Assembly: GCA_963813025.1 (NCBI GenBank)
Contig: CAWEXO010000014.1
Location: 384,001-448,000 of the forward strand
Origin: an uncultured Verrucomicrobiae bacterium
GTDB taxonomy: Bacteria > Verrucomicrobiota > Verrucomicrobiia > Chthoniobacterales > JAFAMB01
DNA length: 64,000 nt
Reading direction: 5' to 3'
Program-made: the position numbers and the translations under genes
Notes under the pieces: generated by a model
What the model saw: the letters and a program-made list of their open reading frames with translations, nothing else
Database searches by the model: none
What the model was told of the DNA's origin: nothing
In this document: positions 52,332 to 62,290 of the stretch, one piece after another
Layout: every line of letters starts with the position of its first letter
Numbering within the stretch: position 1 is the stretch's first letter

Positions 52332-52337
52332 GCTATA
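52332..52337 (-). promoter_or_regulatory. -10 element of the predicted circle-junction promoter (-35 TTGCCA at 50675-50670)
   Basis: Joined ends read TTGCCA-17 nt-TATAGC. Confidence 0.7.
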
Positions 52338-52726
52338 CGAAAATTTATTCGAGCCCCAGGCGAGAACTTGTTTGAGCCATCTGGAGCGGGTGGCTCACCC
52401 AAGCGCCTGGCTCAAACAAGTTCTCGCTAAGGCTCGAATAAATTTTCGCCCTACCCGGCGCAGGACCAAAGACGCCTTGGGACATCCCTCGAACCTCTCT
52501 TCCGAACCATACCTCGATTGCGCGCGCTACAGATTACCCAAAGTCCGACACGCCCGCCCCGCCAAAGAATTCGAGTTGGGACGTCGTCATTTGTGGCATT
52601 TTTCGGTTTGTGGCATTTCTGCCTCGGCGCTCCTTGCGCTGGGGCGGAAATCTGTTTCGTTGCAAGCTGTTTCATGAACGAGACAGGATAGTTCGAAGGG
52701 GCACAGATGAGCTTCGATGTCCCCAT

Positions 52727-53050
52727 TTTGTTCCTGATGTTTAATCGTCCGAGCTTTTTCTCGTTTTGCGCTGAGATGTTGCAGCGATTTCGCGACGACG
52801 AAAGCATGGGATCGATCTCCGGCAACAACTTTTTGCCGGCCGCGTTGGGTGCCCCGGCTCCCTACCTGTTCTCCAAGTATGTGCAGATCTGGGGCTGGGC
52901 TACCTGGCGCCGCTTCTGGGCGAATTACAGCTTCGAGCTCACAGGAGATGAGGCGGTTTGGCAGAAAATTATTGAGCAGAAGAATCCTCAGCCGAATCAG
53001 GCGCGCTACTGGATGGAAATTTTCGGGGCGATGCGTTCCACGAGAAATCG
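52727..53050 (+). pseudogene. Nucleotide-diphospho-sugar transferase remnant with an internal deletion
   Basis: PILFLMFNRP is fused directly to SFFSFCAEML..SISGNNF; IWGWATWRR; C-terminus missing. Confidence 0.7.
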
Positions 53051-53128
53051 GCCAGGTGCTCTTCTCGATCCAGCAAAAGCAGAAACGAATGCCCTTGAAT
53101 CGCCGGCATCGCGTTGCAACCCATCAAG

Positions 53129-54103
53129 ATGCGTGACCAGGCCGCCATCCGTTTAATTACGATTGTCATACCTTTATACAACGAGGAGGAAAGCTTTCCT
53201 CAATTGCAACTGCGTCTGGACAACCTTCTTACCAAGCTCGAGATGCGATATCGGGTGGAGATCCTCCTGATCGATGATGGGAGCAAAGATAAGACATGGT
53301 CCCTCATCGAACGCTATGCATCTCAGAATCCGCGGATCCGTGGTATTTCGCTGTCCAGAAATTTCGGTCACCAGAGCGCCTTATTTTGCGGTTACGAATT
53401 GGCTGCGGGTGACGCGATCATCTCGATGGATGGGGACCTGCAGGACCCGCCTGAACTGGTTTCGCAGCTGTTGGAGAAATGGGAGCAGGGGTTCGAAATA
53501 GTGTTCGCGGTTCGACGATCCCGGCATGGCGAAACACCCATGAAACGCTGGACGGCACATTGGTACTACCGGCTGCTCAATCGCTTGGCGGAGGTCGATA
53601 CGCCGCTCGACTGCGGTGATTTTCGCCTGGTCGGGCGAGAGGCGCTCAAATCTCTCCTGCGAATGGGCGATAAACAGAAATATCTCCGAGGCATGGTTGG
53701 TTGGATCGGCTTTTCTTCGACCCAGGTTGAGTACGATCGACCCGGCCGCACGGCCGGACGCACGAAATTCAACCTGGCGAGAATGCTGCAGTTCGCTTTC
53801 GAAGGAATCACCTCTTTCAGCAACCTGCCGCTGCGAGTCGCGTTTCTTCTCAGCATCCTGGCTCCGTTGCCGTTCCTCTTTTACCTCGCGTACAGCCTGT
53901 TTTTGCATCTGTTCACTCATGCACCGCTGGTGCCAGGATGGACGAGCCTCTTGCTCTGCATCGTTTTGTTTGGTTCTCTCAATCTTGTTGCAATTGGCAT
54001 TGTCGGGGAGTACCTAGCAAAAATTTTTGAGACGATCAAACAACGGCCTGATTACATTATCGCCAAGCAAACGGACCCTTCTTCCGATGTCCGAGTTCGA
54101 TAG
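53129..54103 (+). CDS. Glycosyltransferase family 2 (GtrB-like)
   Basis: DDGSKD, SRNFGHQ, DGDLQDPP, GDFRL, two TMs. Confidence 0.92.
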   Translation: MRDQAAIRLITIVIPLYNEEESFPQLQLRLDNLLTKLEMRYRVEILLIDDGSKDKTWSLIERYASQNPRIRGISLSRNFGHQSALFCGYELAAGDAIISMDGDLQDPPELVSQLLEKWEQGFEIVFAVRRSRHGETPMKRWTAHWYYRLLNRLAEVDTPLDCGDFRLVGREALKSLLRMGDKQKYLRGMVGWIGFSSTQVEYDRPGRTAGRTKFNLARMLQFAFEGITSFSNLPLRVAFLLSILAPLPFLFYLAYSLFLHLFTHAPLVPGWTSLLLCIVLFGSLNLVAIGIVGEYLAKIFETIKQRPDYIIAKQTDPSSDVRVR

Positions 54104-54776
54104 CCTTGCGGAAAATTATCGGGCAGGCTTCGACGACCCGGTGAAAGGCTGGCTGGGCCGGAATCCGCAGGAATTCTTGCGGCCGAAAATTGAACGTTTG
54201 TTGAAGCTTGGGGATGCGGGCTCCGGGCGCGCCGTCCGATTGCTGGATTTCGGTTGCGGGGCCGGTGACTTCCTTGCCGCGTTGAGCCCGGAAGCACCGG
54301 ATTGGCAGTTGGAAGGCTGCGATATCTCAGACGGAATGCTGACGGAAGCCAATCGCCGCCACCCGGCTCCGACCTTCAAGCTTTGGAATTCTGCAGCGGT
54401 GTCCTGGCCGGCCGCGCAATACGATATCCTCACAGCTGTTTGCGTGCTTCACCATGTCCCTCCAAGCGAGTGGGGACCGACGCTGCGCAAACTCTTTGCG
54501 GCCCTTCGTCCCGGCGGTTTACTCCTGGTTTTCGAACACAACCCTTGGAACCCAATCACCAGCTGGATGATTCGCCGGACCGAGGTTGATCGTTACGCAG
54601 TGCTCCTCTCACCGGCCACCATGGAGCATTTGGTGATCGAAGCTGGATCGCAGGTGGTTGCCAAGGAATTCTTCCTCTTTTTCCCACCGCGATTTCGCTG
54701 GCTTTCCGCTGCGGAGACTTGCCTTCGAATTATCCCGTTGGGCGGACAGTACCTTGTAGCCGCGAGAAAACCGTAG
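54087..54776 (+). CDS. Class I SAM-dependent methyltransferase
   Basis: LLDFGCGAG, CVLHH, FEHNPWNP. Confidence 0.9.
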   Translation: MSEFDSLAENYRAGFDDPVKGWLGRNPQEFLRPKIERLLKLGDAGSGRAVRLLDFGCGAGDFLAALSPEAPDWQLEGCDISDGMLTEANRRHPAPTFKLWNSAAVSWPAAQYDILTAVCVLHHVPPSEWGPTLRKLFAALRPGGLLLVFEHNPWNPITSWMIRRTEVDRYAVLLSPATMEHLVIEAGSQVVAKEFFLFFPPRFRWLSAAETCLRIIPLGGQYLVAARKP

Positions 54777-54781
54777 AAGTT

Positions 54782-55275
54782 TTGGGAGTGCGCGCGAACA
54801 AGTGGTACAGGCTTCCAGGGCGTGTCGGACTTTGGGTGATCTGTGGCGCGCGCAATCGAGCTATGGTTCGAAGCGAGGTTAGAGACATGTCTCAACCCGT
54901 TTTTGTTCCTGCGCCGGTAGGGCGAAAATTTATTCGAGCGTTAGCGAGAACTTGTTTGAGCCTTCTGGAGCGGGTGGCTCACCCAAGCGTCCGGCTCGAA
55001 TAAAGAGATCGTCTCGCAGCACCCAAGGTCGGTAGGGTCAAGCTCCCGCTTGACCTCCTTGGTGTTGGATCAATCTGGATCCGGACGAGCTGGAGCTCAT
55101 CCCTACCGCCAATCGACTTGATGGAGCGCTACAGATCCCAAAATCCGACACGCCCTTCCAGCCTGTCCGATTTTAGGACCGGCAGGATGCCGGTATCACT
55201 TTCACGCGCTTGAGAAAGGCTCTAGCCGTCCAGGTAGTACGCCGATGTAGCGCGGACGGCCTCGTCCGTATTCCT
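54782..55275. repeat. Mosaic cluster of repeat families A, B, D and E
   Basis: Includes an empty IS110 target at 54918-54929. Confidence 0.8.
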
Positions 55276-55509
55276 GAGGGTGCACCGGTGCACCGCGGGT
55301 CTCGACGCCGTCATACTCAGAGCGGCCCTCCCTCCCTCGCTAGAGCTATGGCGGACACAGCCAGGACGCGAGCCGCGGGGTGACAGGATTACCGGCGCTA
55401 AAGCAGCAGCCTATGCTCTTTCTGCTCCTCCGGAGCGAAGTGGGCAACGCACTGGCGGAGCCAACAGGTTACGTCCCAGGCCGTCTGCGCTACTTCGTTG
55501 CTCAGCTAT

Positions 55510-57075
55510 CTAATTGCCGGGATCAGGCTGCGGACCCCAATCGGGTCCCGGATTGAGCGCAATACCCTGCGGGTTGACGTTTGTTCCGTTCAGGAACCAG
55601 GCGCCCACCGAATAATTCTGTGTGTTAACCCAAAAAATATCAGAAACGGAGCTGCCATCCAGGTTTAAGCCCCCAAAGGCCTGCCAGCCTGGCGGCGCGG
55701 CCATGTTGAGCATCGGCGTAGAGAAGCTCAAGCCGCCGGTAAATGTCCAGAGGCCGACTTGACCGGTCTCCGTGTTTTCCCAAAGCAAATCGTCACTCGC
55801 CTTTCCACTGAAATGCCCGATTCCGCGCAGTCGCCAGTTTAAGGGGGGCGAAGCAAGCGAAACCTCGTTGACGACCTGAAAGTTGGAAACAAACCATGCA
55901 CCCACCAAGCCGCTGGTCCTGTTTCTCCAGATAATTTCCGGTATTCCGTCCCCGTTAATGTCCGCCACTCCGACCAAAACCCAATCTGTTGGAATTGTGA
56001 CAGCTGACTTCTCAACGAAAGTTAAGTTGCCGAGGTTTTGGGAGATTACGGCTGTGCCGGAGCTCGGGTCGTATTGCACCACGTCCGGATTTCCGTCTCG
56101 ATCGAAATCCGCAAAAGCTAAAACAGGATAATTGACCGGAAGATTAAAATTTTGGATCGAAGTGACGGTCGGTCCGTTCATAAACCAAACTCCGAAACTG
56201 CCGCCGGAGCCCGTGTCATGAAACACAATATCCGTCTTACCGTCGTGATTTAGGTCCGCTAACCCCACGATCTGCCAATTGCTCGACGTTGACCCAATGA
56301 CCGCGATCTGGTTCACGGTGGTCCCGTTCATCAACCAAACCCCGATTTGGTTGGTCTGATAATTGCGCCACAACAGATCGCTTTTCCCGTCGCCATTAAA
56401 ATCCGCTGCCGGAAAGACTTGGCTGACGGCTGCAACTCGCGGTCCATAGAGATATTGTCCTCCGGCAATGTCGTCGGCTGTAAGATCGTCCGTGTTGCTG
56501 ATACGCGAGTTCATGATGGCGTTCACCGTCTGGCCTGCTTGGTCGGGATGATCGAGACCAATGAAGTGGCCGAGTTCATGGAGTGCCACCCGACGGATGT
56601 CGATCGGCGATTGCACCAAATCGCCCCGGTACGAATTCCAGGCATCGCTGCTACTAAAAATGATGTCGGCTTCGGCGAACGTTTGGGGATTGCCCGTATA
56701 ATAGTAAATTTCGGTAATCGCCAGCGTTTCGCCTCCCAGGCTATCTCCTCCGGCCGAGGAGCCAAAACCGATCTCATTGACACCATCGTTCAATTCGAAG
56801 CCATTCGGGTTGGAACCCTCAATCGTCCCGATCTGGAGTCGCTCCAGGTATTGATTCCAGTCGGCGACGGCCGCATCGAAAACCTGGTCAAAGCTGTTCG
56901 AACGGTCGTAGAGCGGGAATGCGGGCAATAGTCCCCCGAGCTTGGACTGCGAAGCGTTCAGGTTAGTATAAATCGTGGGGTTGGGAATTCCCCAAACGAT
57001 TCCCTCTAACACGTAGGCCGATGCCTGGGAACAGAGCGCGACCAGCGCGAGAAAGGCTGAATGATAAACTTTCAT
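55510..57075 (-). CDS. Secreted matrixin (M10-like) metallopeptidase with FG-GAP repeats
   Basis: HELGHFIGLDH, Met-turn AIMN, DFNGDGKSDLLWRN-type repeats. Confidence 0.88.
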   Translation of the reverse strand: MKVYHSAFLALVALCSQASAYVLEGIVWGIPNPTIYTNLNASQSKLGGLLPAFPLYDRSNSFDQVFDAAVADWNQYLERLQIGTIEGSNPNGFELNDGVNEIGFGSSAGGDSLGGETLAITEIYYYTGNPQTFAEADIIFSSSDAWNSYRGDLVQSPIDIRRVALHELGHFIGLDHPDQAGQTVNAIMNSRISNTDDLTADDIAGGQYLYGPRVAAVSQVFPAADFNGDGKSDLLWRNYQTNQIGVWLMNGTTVNQIAVIGSTSSNWQIVGLADLNHDGKTDIVFHDTGSGGSFGVWFMNGPTVTSIQNFNLPVNYPVLAFADFDRDGNPDVVQYDPSSGTAVISQNLGNLTFVEKSAVTIPTDWVLVGVADINGDGIPEIIWRNRTSGLVGAWFVSNFQVVNEVSLASPPLNWRLRGIGHFSGKASDDLLWENTETGQVGLWTFTGGLSFSTPMLNMAAPPGWQAFGGLNLDGSSVSDIFWVNTQNYSVGAWFLNGTNVNPQGIALNPGPDWGPQPDPGN

Positions 57076-57096
57076 GAGTTCCGATTCTTGGGGACC

Positions 57097-57705
57097 CTAT
57101 TGGTTCAGCGCTTGGCGAAGTCGACCGGCAAATTGATCCACTGTATCGGCTGACCGCAGATAGCTTCGCGTCGTTGTGTCCGCCGTTGCCGGGAGATGAG
57201 ACTTGAAATCCACCTGGGCGGAGACTGGTTGCCCCCAGTACCGATAAACCCGGTCAACCTGGCTTTCATTGTCGTGAATGACACGCAATGCGCCCTGTTG
57301 CATTCCTAAAACTGGGCTGACCATCGATTTTTCCGGTGAATAAGAGAAGAGAATGTAGCGCTCCCCTACCGCGAACTGGGGAACCCCGGGAACTTTCAAG
57401 CCCCGATCGCCGACTTCGCCGCCGAGGAATTCCAGGGATAAGGTCTGCGCCGCTGGACCTTTGATCGTCGCATTCACTGTGAAATTCACCCTGGTACGAA
57501 TCGATTTTACTCCGACCGGCGCGACCCAGTAGGAGTTCACACTCTGGACCGTAGCGTCGACAATCACATCGGCTTGCTGGGCAATTTGCGGTAGATCCAG
57601 GGTTCTGACCGTCGCGCCGTGCACGGACCAGCAGGTGGCCGTCCAGAGGGTTGTGCAGATGAGCAATGACCGTAGATCGAAGTAACACCGTTTGTTCTGG
57701 CTCAT
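57097..57705 (-). CDS. Secreted hypothetical protein upstream of the peptidase
   Basis: Signal peptide; FLGGEVG..LKVPGVPQFAVGERYILF. Confidence 0.75.
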   Translation of the reverse strand: MSQNKRCYFDLRSLLICTTLWTATCWSVHGATVRTLDLPQIAQQADVIVDATVQSVNSYWVAPVGVKSIRTRVNFTVNATIKGPAAQTLSLEFLGGEVGDRGLKVPGVPQFAVGERYILFSYSPEKSMVSPVLGMQQGALRVIHDNESQVDRVYRYWGQPVSAQVDFKSHLPATADTTTRSYLRSADTVDQFAGRLRQALNQ

Positions 57706-57842
57706 AACGAAAAGCTTAGACGCCGGTTTTGGAAAAAAGTGACGATATTATTGAAAAGAATCCGAGAGCAAGCCTGCATCGTTCGCAAATTCCTCGTGAT
57801 TTGCCGGGCGATGCAGGCTTGCCGCTTTTTTTGTGAAGAATT

Positions 57843-58123
57843 TTGGAGTGCGGGCGACTTGTCGCCGCTTTAGGATCCGCGCGGAGCGCGGATGACAGAA
57901 GGACGGAACACGAAGCCGGAGTTCCGTGAAGAAGAAACCTGCCGGGTAGCCGCGCTCCGCGCCGGTCTAAAGGCGGCGAGCATCCACTCGCCAACAATTA
58001 CGGACGGGGCCGTCCGCGCTACGGCTCCAGCCGCTCAGATCCCCGGTAGGGCGAGAATTTATTCGAGCCGTCTTGGGATGTGGCAACCTCTCCGTGCGGC
58101 TCGAATAAATTCTCGCCCTACCG
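57843..58123. repeat. Family B doublet plus family A doublet
   Basis: 57843-57994 and 58044-58123. Confidence 0.8.
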
Positions 58124-59176
58124 GCGCTGCGCCCTCTGAACCCAGGACTCGTGGATTTCTTCAAAGGTCTTTCGAAGGCCCTTCGTGATCGTCCAGCCGG
58201 GGTAATGCGCTTTCATTTTGCGCAAATCAGAAATGTAGCAGATATGGTCGCCGATCCGGTTTTGCTCGACGTATTCGTAGCGCATCGGCAGACCGGAAAT
58301 TTCCTCGATCAGTCGGAAGGCTTCCAGGATTGAAATCGAATTTTCGCGGCCGCCTCCAAGGTTGTACACCTCGCCGACTTTCGGATTCATAAGAAACTGA
58401 TCGATAAAGCTGGCGACATCGGCCGAGTGAATGTTATCGCGGACCTGTTTCCCTTTGTAACCGAAGACTTTGTACACTGTGCCCTCGAGATTGCACTTGA
58501 CTAAGTAGCTCAAAAAACCGTGGAGCTGGACACCGGAATGGCTCGGTCCGGTCAGACAGCCTCCCCTTAAACAGCAACTCGGCAGGCCGAAATAGCGGCC
58601 ATACTCCTGAACCATCACGTCGGCAGCCAGTTTTGACGCCCCGAAAACAGAATGGAGCGTCTGGTCGACCGGGAATTTTTCGGAGATTCCAAAAAAATCC
58701 TCGGCATCGGCATAGTCCCAGCGAGTCTCGCGCTCAATCAATGGCAACTGATTCGGGCCATCGCCGTAGACCTTATTGGTTGATAGATGCACGAATGGCG
58801 CTTCGGGAGCGTGACGTCGCACCGCTTCCAAAAGGTTCAACGTGCCTCCGGCATTCACATCGAAATCGTCGAAAGGCCGGGTGGCAGCTAGATCGTGGCT
58901 TGGTTGAGCGGCTGTGTGCACGATTGCCTCGGGCCGTATTTCTGCCACCAACTCGCTCACACCTGACCGATCCCTGATATCCAGCGAAAAATGGCGAAAC
59001 GTCTTGAACTTCTTTTTCAGGTGTTCGGTATTCCAGGACGTATCACCGGCTGGTCCGAAGAAGTCCGCCCGCATGTTGTTATCAATGCCATGAACCTCCC
59101 AGCCTTCTTCGGCAAAGTAGGTTGCGACCGTGCCGCCGATCAAGCCGCCTGAACCGGTCACCAGAACCTTTCGCAT
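58118..59176 (-). CDS. NAD-dependent epimerase/dehydratase (CDP-paratose 2-epimerase-like)
   Basis: [31 protein letters not shown]. Confidence 0.9.
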   Translation of the reverse strand: MRKVLVTGSGGLIGGTVATYFAEEGWEVHGIDNNMRADFFGPAGDTSWNTEHLKKKFKTFRHFSLDIRDRSGVSELVAEIRPEAIVHTAAQPSHDLAATRPFDDFDVNAGGTLNLLEAVRRHAPEAPFVHLSTNKVYGDGPNQLPLIERETRWDYADAEDFFGISEKFPVDQTLHSVFGASKLAADVMVQEYGRYFGLPSCCLRGGCLTGPSHSGVQLHGFLSYLVKCNLEGTVYKVFGYKGKQVRDNIHSADVASFIDQFLMNPKVGEVYNLGGGRENSISILEAFRLIEEISGLPMRYEYVEQNRIGDHICYISDLRKMKAHYPGWTITKGLRKTFEEIHESWVQRAQRR

Positions 59177-59386
59177 TGGACCTGATACAGGCAGATGCGG
59201 CTGGAAGTCAAGGAGTTGCACTAGTTGCAGGAGTCAGGAGTCGAGAGTCAGGAGTTCAAGGAGTTCAAGGAGTTCAAGGAGTTCACCCGCTCAACCGCTG
59301 GCCATGGCACCGGCATCCTGCCGGTCCTGAAAACCTGACAAGCTGGAAGCTCATCCACCGGCATTTGCGATTTGTGATATGCGATC

Positions 59387-59549
59387 TGCGCGAAGCGCGA
59401 CAGGAGGTCCGGACTCACCGGGATCACCGAATGATCATGGACGAGTCAATTGTAAGCTTCGGCGCTCTCGCGCTACATCCCTCCGCTGAAGCCGCTCCCG
59501 CCGCTCCCTCCGCTCAGTTGACTGATCCGTTCCCTGGCTGATCAGCTGC
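59387..59549 (-). repeat. 163-bp family C repeat, inverted partner of 62255-62417
   Basis: About 8 mismatches by manual alignment. Confidence 0.9.
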
Positions 59550-59595
59550 TAACTTTCCCCTTGTGCCTGGCCCACACTTCCACCACCAATCTAGC

Positions 59596-60666
59596 ATGCG
59601 AGTTCTGGTAACCGGCGCCTGCGGGTTTGTCGGATCGAACCTGGTTTCTGCGATTCGGGAACATTCTGCGAGTAACCAGGTAATCGGGATCGACAATTTT
59701 ATTCGCCTCGGCACTCACCTCAATCGGAAACGCCTGGAGGCGCTTGGGTGCCGGATTCTATACGGCGATATCCGCTGCCGGAGTGATCTGGAAAACGTCC
59801 CAGCGGTCGACTGGGTGATTGACGCAGCGGCCAATCCCAGCGTGTTGGCCGGGGTCGACGGCCGCTCGACGTCGCGTCAGGTAATTGAGCACAATCTTTC
59901 TGGTACAACCAACATTCTAGAATACTGCCGCGAACATCGAGCTGGACTAATTTTGTTGAGCACGAGCCGAGTTTACTCCGTGCCGGCATTGGCGGGATTG
60001 TCTCTTCTAGAAAAGGAATTTCGCTTCGAGCTGGACTCTGACTTGGCCCAGCCTGTCGGGACGAGCACAGCGGGTCTGAGTGAGGAATTCAGTACCACAG
60101 CCCCAATCTCGCTGTATGGCGCAACGAAGCTGGCCTCGGAAACATTGGCACTCGAATTCGGCCATGCGTTCCAGTTCCCGGTTTGGATCGATCGCTGCGG
60201 AGTGCTCGCTGGGGCCGGACAATTCGGAACGGCCGAGCAAGGCATCTTTGCTTATTGGCTGCACGCCTGGAAAGCGAATCGCGCGCTCCGCTTTATCGGG
60301 TTTGGCGGATCCGGGAAACAGGTCCGAGACGCCTTTCATCCGACCGATCTTGCCCGCTTGGTTCTCTCTCAGCTGCAGGATACCGACTACTCCGCGGCCG
60401 AACGGATTTGGAACGTCGGAGGCGGTGCGGCGAACTCGATGTCGCTTGCCGAACTCTCTCAATGGGCTTCTCAACGGTTTGGATCGCGCGAAGTCGCTCG
60501 CGATTCGCGGATGAGGCCCTTCGATATCCCCTGGGTGGTGATGGATTTCGCGCGAGCGGCTCACCGGTGGAAATGGGAACCCGCGATTGTGCTTCCTGCC
60601 TTGCTCGAAGAAATTGCTGAGCACGCGGAACGGTTCCCTGACTGGCTGCAAGTCTGCGCAGCCTGA
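59596..60666 (+). CDS. NAD-dependent epimerase/dehydratase (CDP-paratose 2-epimerase-like)
   Basis: TGACGFVG, DAAANPSV, YGATK, GKQVRD. Confidence 0.9.
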   Translation: MRVLVTGACGFVGSNLVSAIREHSASNQVIGIDNFIRLGTHLNRKRLEALGCRILYGDIRCRSDLENVPAVDWVIDAAANPSVLAGVDGRSTSRQVIEHNLSGTTNILEYCREHRAGLILLSTSRVYSVPALAGLSLLEKEFRFELDSDLAQPVGTSTAGLSEEFSTTAPISLYGATKLASETLALEFGHAFQFPVWIDRCGVLAGAGQFGTAEQGIFAYWLHAWKANRALRFIGFGGSGKQVRDAFHPTDLARLVLSQLQDTDYSAAERIWNVGGGAANSMSLAELSQWASQRFGSREVARDSRMRPFDIPWVVMDFARAAHRWKWEPAIVLPALLEEIAEHAERFPDWLQVCAA

Positions 60667-61009
60667 CGATCGGAACATGATAGCCAGCGGCTTTTGGAGT
60701 ACGCGCGACTTGTCGCCGCTTTCGGACCGCGCGGAGCGCGGACAGGCAAAACGGAGTGGCAGGGAGAACAGTCAAAGTCAGATCAACCGATTTTCACAGA
60801 AGAACACGGCGCGGCGTAGCCGACAACCAAAGCGGCTGTGCCGAGTCCAGTGACAGGCTGGAAGCCTGTGCCACTTTCCACCGTGACACCGGCATCTTTG
60901 GGCGTGTCGAACTTTGGAAATCTGTGGTACGCCACGACGTGATCGGCGGTAGGGATGAGCTCCTGCTCGTCCCGATTTAGACCTGATCAGCATTAAGGAG
61001 GTCAAGCAG

Positions 61010-61086
61010 GAGCTTGACCTGAGCTTGACCTGAGCTTGACCTGAGCTTGACCTGAGCTTGACCTGAGCTTGACCTGAGCTTGACCC
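61010..61086. repeat. (GAGCTTGACCT)x7 tandem repeat
   Basis: Six perfect units and one with a terminal mismatch. Confidence 0.92.
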
Positions 61087-61432
61087 TACCGACCTTGGGT
61101 GTCGTGAGACAGCCTCTTTAATTCGCGCCCTACCGGCGCCGGACCAAAGACCCATTGGGACAAGTCTCTAAGCTCCCTTTTGAACCATAGCTCGGCTGCG
61201 CGCGCCAGAGATTTCCAAAGTCCGACAGACCCATCTTGCCGGTGAACCTGCAAATTGTCCGGCTTCTCTGAAATCTTCGCAAAAAAACAACATTTTCACG
61301 GACAGTAGTACGAATATCGCTAAGAAGAGAAATCAACTTTGTGCAAGCGAAGCGAAACTTTGTGACCTGTGCGGCCTTCTGTGGTAAGTCCGACAGACCG
61401 GCAGGATGCCGGTGTCACTTGACTTTTGAAAA

Positions 61433-62290
61433 ATGAACAGTTCACCAACGGCTCTGACCCCGGTTGCGGCATCCGATAATGCTCCTCTGAAGCTGCTTTC
61501 AGTCATCATCCCCGCTCTGGATGAAGAAGGCTGCATCGCCTCGACCGTGGAGCATCTTGACGTCGCGCTGCGGCTTCACGGGATTCCGCACGAAATTGTT
61601 GTTGTGGACGATGGGAGTACGGATAGGACCTGGGCCATCCTCGGTGAGCTGCAGGATCGATTGCCGTCGCTAAAACCGGTTCGGAACAACGGTGAACACG
61701 GCTTTGGACGAGCGGTCCTCTGCGGGTTCCAGCAGATGGCCGGCGACGCTGCCGTGATTATGATGGCCGACGAATCCGACGATTGTCGTGATGTGGTTCG
61801 TTACTGGCAAAAACTGAATGCGGGTTTCGATTGCGTATTCGGCAGCCGCTTTATCAAAGGTGGCGGGGTTATCGATTATCCCTGGTTAAAGTTGCAGGTA
61901 AACCGCCTGGCGAATTTGTTCTTGCGGCTGCTCTTTGGTATCTCGCTCAACGATACGACCAACGCTTTCAAAGCTTACCGGCGGACCGTGATCGAGGGCT
62001 GCCAGCCTCTCATCGCGCCGCACTTCAATCTTACGGTCGAAATTCCTTTGAAAGCGATTGTTCGAGGATATAGCTGGACCGTCATCCCGATCACCTGGCG
62101 CAATCGCCGGAGCGGCGAAGCCAAGCTGAAAATCAAAGAAATGGGCAGCCGCTATCTCTTTATCTGTTTGTATGTCTGGTTGGAAAAGTATTTCAGCCGC
62201 GGTGACTATCGGAAACGCGCCACTCTTGCCGACACAAACAACGCGGGCCGGGAGGCAGCTGATCAGCTGGGCAACAGATCAGTCAATTGA
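61433..62290 (+). CDS. Glycosyltransferase family 2 (DPM1-like)
   Basis: VDDGSTD, MADESD, FGSRF, DTTNAFKAY. Confidence 0.92.
   Translation: MNSSPTALTPVAASDNAPLKLLSVIIPALDEEGCIASTVEHLDVALRLHGIPHEIVVVDDGSTDRTWAILGELQDRLPSLKPVRNNGEHGFGRAVLCGFQQMAGDAAVIMMADESDDCRDVVRYWQKLNAGFDCVFGSRFIKGGGVIDYPWLKLQVNRLANLFLRLLFGISLNDTTNAFKAYRRTVIEGCQPLIAPHFNLTVEIPLKAIVRGYSWTVIPITWRNRRSGEAKLKIKEMGSRYLFICLYVWLEKYFSRGDYRKRATLADTNNAGREAADQLGNRSVN

Larger units (their letters stand above)
50654..52337 (-). mobile_element. Complete IS110-family element inserted in a family A REP
   Basis: Flanks rejoin to CCGGTAGGG-C-GAAAATTTATTCGAGC as at 54914; a single C is shared at 50653 and 52338. Confidence 0.92.

Noticed and set aside
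61010..61086. CRISPR array
   Set aside because: 11-bp units with no spacers, and no cas genes in the window; the same applies to the hexamer and heptamer arrays
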